Of a DNA stretch of 35,450 bases, positions 34,457 to 35,450 are shown one piece after another; position 1 is the first letter of the stretch, and each line of letters begins with the position of its first letter. The notes under the pieces were generated by a model. That model had not been told where the DNA came from. It saw only the letters and a list, made by a program, of their open reading frames with translations, and did not search any database. The stretch lies in NCBI GenBank assembly GCA_000004985.1, contig GG739040.1. The stretch is one strand, 5' to 3'. Source of the stretch: Naegleria gruberi. Its lineage: Eukaryota. A program made the position numbers and the translations under genes.

Positions 34457-34906
34457 GAAATATTAGATGACAAGTCAATTGATTCGAATCTTTCCAAATG
34501 TCCTATTGTAAGCTATTTCATTCAAGCATCACTTACAGCAGAAAACATGATTGATGACCCCAAGAAAATGGTCAATCTCACATGTATGTATATTGAAAAG
34601 TTTACAGAACTATTCGAATCTAGAAATAGGAAAATTTGGGAAAGTTCAATGAGGGATATAATGGTAAAATTGGTAACAGTAGCAAGCTCTGAACTCTGCT
34701 CACTAACTGTTGGATCATATGAGTGGAAACAATGCTATACTGAACTATTCAAAAGACTCATTACAAAGAATATTGAAAAATTTGAACCAAATACGGATCT
34801 ATCATTTGTCTATTCTATTTCATGTCCACAAATTGTAAAATTCCTATTCGCAGAACAACCAAAACAATTCGTACAAATGTTGGAATTGAACGAAAACATT
34901 ATTTGA
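34457..34906 (+). CDS. hypothetical protein segment C (frame open from 34457; first ATG 34547), same frame as A and B, ends at TGA 34904-34906
   Basis: Same frame again. It carries 30 open codons upstream of the first ATG (EILDDKSIDSNLSKCPIVSYFIQASLTAEN-MIDDPKK..). Confidence 0.35.
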   Translation, partial: EILDDKSIDSNLSKCPIVSYFIQASLTAENMIDDPKKMVNLTCMYIEKFTELFESRNRKIWESSMRDIMVKLVTVASSELCSLTVGSYEWKQCYTELFKRLITKNIEKFEPNTDLSFVYSISCPQIVKFLFAEQPKQFVQMLELNENII

Positions 34907-34958
34907 ACGGTGGGCGAATGAACTTTATGCCCGGATTTTAGAAGAATTAGTATTTTGA

Positions 34959-34964
34959 TTTATT
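34959..34964 (-). promoter_or_regulatory. AATAAA polyadenylation hexamer (minus strand) 21 nt downstream of the TAA at 34985-34987
   Basis: Plus strand reads tttatt. The arrangement matches that at 7461-7466. Confidence 0.35.
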
Positions 34965-34984
34965 CTTCAGCAAACGCTAATAAT

Positions 34985-35450
34985 TTACAAGGATGGTTTA
35001 ACGATTGGCTTTGATGGTTTCTTACATGTCTTTCTCTTGATACAAATCTTCTTCTTGATTGACTTGCAACACTTTTTCTTTCCACCAACCAATTTGAATT
35101 TCTTACAAATCTTCTTTCCCTTTGAACGTTTCAAACACTTCTTATAATACTTCTTCTTGATACATCTTGGAGGAATAATAATTGTCTTGGCACAATACTT
35201 CTTCTTTTGATATTTGACACATTTGGAAATAGTCTTCTTGTGCTTACAGAACTTGATGGTCTTATGCTTGGCACAGAAGAATTTCTTCTTAATGAGACAA
35301 CACTTCTTAACTGATTTTCTCTCCTTACAATATTTAACCTTCTTATACTTGGCACATTTCTTTGCCCATGAAACAATCTTGCACTTTTTAACATATCTAC
35401 ATTTGGAAACCTTCTTATTGTAGGAATCAACAGTGTACTGTCGCAAATCT
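34985..35450 (-). CDS. Lys/Cys-rich periodic-repeat protein, 5'-partial (open to window end), stop TAA 34985-34987
   Basis: Over 153 open codons. Composition is 56 Lys (37%) and 17 Cys, with Cys at residues 16, 22, 31, 40, 49/50, 58, 67, 76, 85, 95, 104, 114, 126/127, 135, 141. That is a 9-residue period with units such as CAKYKKVKY, CKERKSVKK, CAKHKTIKF, CKHKKTISK. The underlying DNA is a degenerate ~27-nt tandem repeat. Lys is mostly AAG. An AATAAA lies 21 nt past the stop. Caveat: a stop-free in-frame repeat unit will keep an ORF open by itself. Confidence 0.45.
   Translation of the reverse strand, partial: DLRQYTVDSYNKKVSKCRYVKKCKIVSWAKKCAKYKKVKYCKERKSVKKCCLIKKKFFCAKHKTIKFCKHKKTISKCVKYQKKKYCAKTIIIPPRCIKKKYYKKCLKRSKGKKICKKFKLVGGKKKCCKSIKKKICIKRKTCKKPSKPIVKPSL
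35030..35410. repeat. degenerate ~27-nt tandem repeat (plus-strand motifs cttcttcttgat / ggcacaga / gacacatttgg recurring)
   Basis: Periodic CTT/TTT-rich units punctuated by ACA/GCA every ~27 nt. It also generates open shadow frames (35131-35430 minus, 35214-35423 plus). Confidence 0.5.

Noticed and set aside
34508-34538. 31-nt intron candidate GTAAGC..TTACAG with good splice-like ends
   Set aside because: Removing it puts the upstream exon in a frame that has a TGA at 34480-34482, so it cannot join segments B and C. A 31-nt intron would also be unusually short.
35131-35430. 99-aa minus-strand ORF and 69-aa plus-strand ORF (35214-35423)
   Set aside because: These are alternative frames of the same 27-nt periodic repeat. 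A stop-free repeat unit keeps several frames open. The Lys/Cys frame is preferred because it is longest and has the poly(A) signal.
1-35450. Prokaryotic or defence-system content (CRISPR arrays, operons, toxin-antitoxin), tRNA or rRNA genes
   Set aside because: There are no direct-repeat/spacer arrays, no Shine-Dalgarno-coupled operon structure and no cloverleaf-capable segments. The readable DNA has eukaryotic hallmarks (an RGS domain, AATAAA after stops, kilobase AT-rich intergenic regions).

Overview
About 88% of this window is hard-masked: N runs occupy 1170-6338 and 7507-33569, leaving only ~4.2 kb readable in three islands (1-1169, 6339-7506, 33570-35450). Any system inside the masked blocks is invisible, and the 1736-8743 aa ORFs in the supplied track are artefacts of N translating to X. 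The readable DNA looks like an AT-rich eukaryotic nuclear locus. It has long AT-rich intergenic stretches, AATAAA/ATTAAA hexamers placed downstream of stop codons, and yeast/fungal-like codon usage (TTG Leu, AGA/AGG Arg, AAG over AAA Lys). I cannot assign a taxon. There are no rRNA, tRNA, CRISPR or prokaryotic hallmarks.

Supported features:
- 1-650 (+): a 5'-partial gene ending at TAA 648-650 whose product is clearly an RGS (regulator of G-protein signalling) domain protein.
- Short ORF termini abut every edge of both masked blocks, so the masks probably cover genes, not empty gaps.
- 33659-34906 (+): a 1.25-kb run in one reading frame, broken only by in-frame TGA at 34088 and TAA-CAA-TGA at 34448-34456. 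It is preceded by a frame-1 ORF that exits the mask and overlaps it by 65 nt. This is a multi-intron gene, a fresh pseudogene, or TGA read-through.
- 34985-35450 (-): a partial ORF encoding a ~37% Lys protein with Cys at a strict 9-residue period, built on a degenerate 27-nt coding repeat, with an AATAAA 21 nt past its TAA stop.

The most interesting non-coding signal is a perfect 10-bp palindrome, TTGGCGCCAA, which matches the canonical palindromic E2F site. It occurs twice (898-907 and 7261-7270), each time about 240-270 nt upstream of where a masked block begins. A 22-nt direct-repeat motif (three copies, 6444-6754) and a small hairpin followed by a T-run are also noted.
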